In this document: piece after piece, positions 18,585-20,000 of the stretch
Numbering within the stretch: the first letter of the stretch is position 1
How the letters are laid out: each line of letters begins with the position of its first letter
NCBI GenBank assembly: GCA_001724265.1
Contig: MEDY01000131.1
Coordinates: 48,565-68,564 of the forward strand
DNA from: Rhizaria sp. SCN 62-66
Lineage: Eukaryota
Length of the DNA stretch: 20,000 nt
Direction: 5' to 3'
Translations under genes and position numbers: made by a program
The notes under the pieces: generated by a model
What the model was told of the DNA's origin: nothing
Databases searched by the model: none
Seen by the model: only the letters and a program-made list of their open reading frames with translations

Positions 18585-19295
18585 TTATTAATACCACTCA
18601 AAGTTGTTTGGGGTGAAGCCCATGGGTCTTCTTTTTAGTTGTACAAAAATCGTGGCTACGTTGTCCAGGTCCTCATCTGCATCTGTCTCGTTGACTTCAA
18701 ATGTTTCGTTTTTGCGACTTCGTCCATACATTTCTGGGGCAAGAGTGTGAAAGTCCATTTTAGACATGCCTCTAGGGCTGACTTAGTCGAGTTGTGTGCG
18801 ACATCACTGTTGTTGACCAGGCTCATCCTGAGCTTATTAATCCTACTCTGCAGAGTCACACTTTCCTTGGCCGCAGCGCTTGCGTACAGTTGAGTCGCAC
18901 ACAGTTGCTGGAAAATTTCATCGAATGACACAAACAGCACTGGGAGCATTTTTACTTGTTAGACTCAAAGAATTGACAGTAATAATAAAGAGAGGAGTCG
19001 TACTCGATGGTGTGGCGTCTCCTGAAGTTGCGGCGTCGGCGGAAGCAGTTTCACTCACCGGTTTGCTCTGTGTCACGCGCACTGTCTGTGGGGCTTCAAT
19101 CGCTGCTAAAGTAAAGGTCGCAGTAACATGGCCAAACTCCACCTTGTCTACCCCGGTCTTGCGACTGCTGTCAGTACTGCAGCTGTTGCTGCTATCGTCG
19201 ATCGACAAGCATCTAGTATCGTCTTGCTCGTCACTGTCATCTGTGTCGATGAGATTTCTCACATCGGCGATATTCTTGCCAAAGCTTTGAATCAC
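18585..19295 (-). pseudogene. Coding-like island split across three reading frames (pseudogene or indel-affected gene), product unknown
   Basis: Higher GC than flanks. Overlapping minus-strand ORFs 19295-18918, 18949-18656 and 18767-18588 run consecutively, and the last ends in tandem TAA TAA. Confidence 0.4.
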
Positions 19296-20000
19296 ACATG
19301 TATAATATTATTAATAGTAATTGTAGACGCAACGTGAGATATGTTCATGCACCACATTTGACAGTTCAAAATGTGCGGATGCGATTATACTCGATTGTGA
19401 ATGACTAGTGATGTCTCGATTTCTCATCCTAGTACGTACGTACATCTGTATTAAAGAGTATATGCGTATTAATAACAATCTCCGTTTTATGAAAACCCCA
19501 AACTTGTGAGATATTTTGACTGATATTTGACTGGCGCTCGTAAAGAGTTGTCCAATGCCTTTTCTGACAAACAGCCCAGAAAATGGGTACTAGATGCTGA
19601 CATATGAATACGGACACAATGAACAAATACTACATGTAATTTTGACAAAATACGAATACGGCAAAATAATAATGATATGGCGACACAAGTGGCAAGATAT
19701 AGAGAGAAAAACATGGATATGATGCATATGAAATTTCTAAATGTACATTTGTACAATACTACTCGTTTAGTTAAAAAATAAACAAATCTTGAAGTGATGC
19801 ATGTAACGTCGCGATGTGAGCGGCAAAACCATTGGTCAGAAGACCACAGCAAACTATTGCCATCCACGCACGGCATACTCCTACGACAAGACTTCAGTGA
19901 AAAGTGAGATCGAGGTCGATTTTTTCTTTAGCAGCCCGAGATTGCATGTGATAGTGACGTGTCGCATCAGCAATCACAGCTGCAGCAGACTCGTCGGCAG

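Noticed and set aside
18941-19058. Minus-strand GTGAGT...CTAAC...CCCAG as an intron repairing the first frameshift
   Set aside because: Splicing there leads into the third frame, which stops soon after, so it does not join frames A and B.
1-20000. tRNA, rRNA, CRISPR array, transposase/RT, selenoprotein or pyrrolysine signals
   Set aside because: No cloverleaf, repeat-spacer array or mobile-element motifs were seen. The internal stop is TAG in a disordered linker of a eukaryotic gene, which does not fit Sec or Pyl.

Overview
Eukaryotic genomic DNA from a flagellated organism, probably a protist. GC-rich exons alternate with AT-rich intergenic DNA and GT-AG introns of about 130 nt. (1) A minus-strand exon of about 5 kb (5097->94) encodes an Ala-rich, low-complexity protein ending in a PH domain. 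The ORF track misses it because the frame runs off the left edge without a stop. (2) A divergent plus-strand frame of about 9.8 kb (6437-16216) is broken by a single in-frame TAG at 9809-9811. The part before the TAG is disordered and carries MAPK-docking-like motifs (three FxFP, three D-motif-like). The part after it holds a PP2C/PPM phosphatase domain split by very large insertions, with Glu in place of the third-metal Asp. (3) A convergent two-exon CFAP77 (DUF4483)-like ciliary gene on the minus strand appears to lack the family's central conserved block. (4) A frameshifted coding-like island lies at 18.6-19.3 kb. (5) The intergenic DNA is rich in palindromes, including TACATGTA. No tRNA, rRNA, CRISPR array or recognisable transposon was seen. 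All family assignments come from recalled motifs, not database searches.
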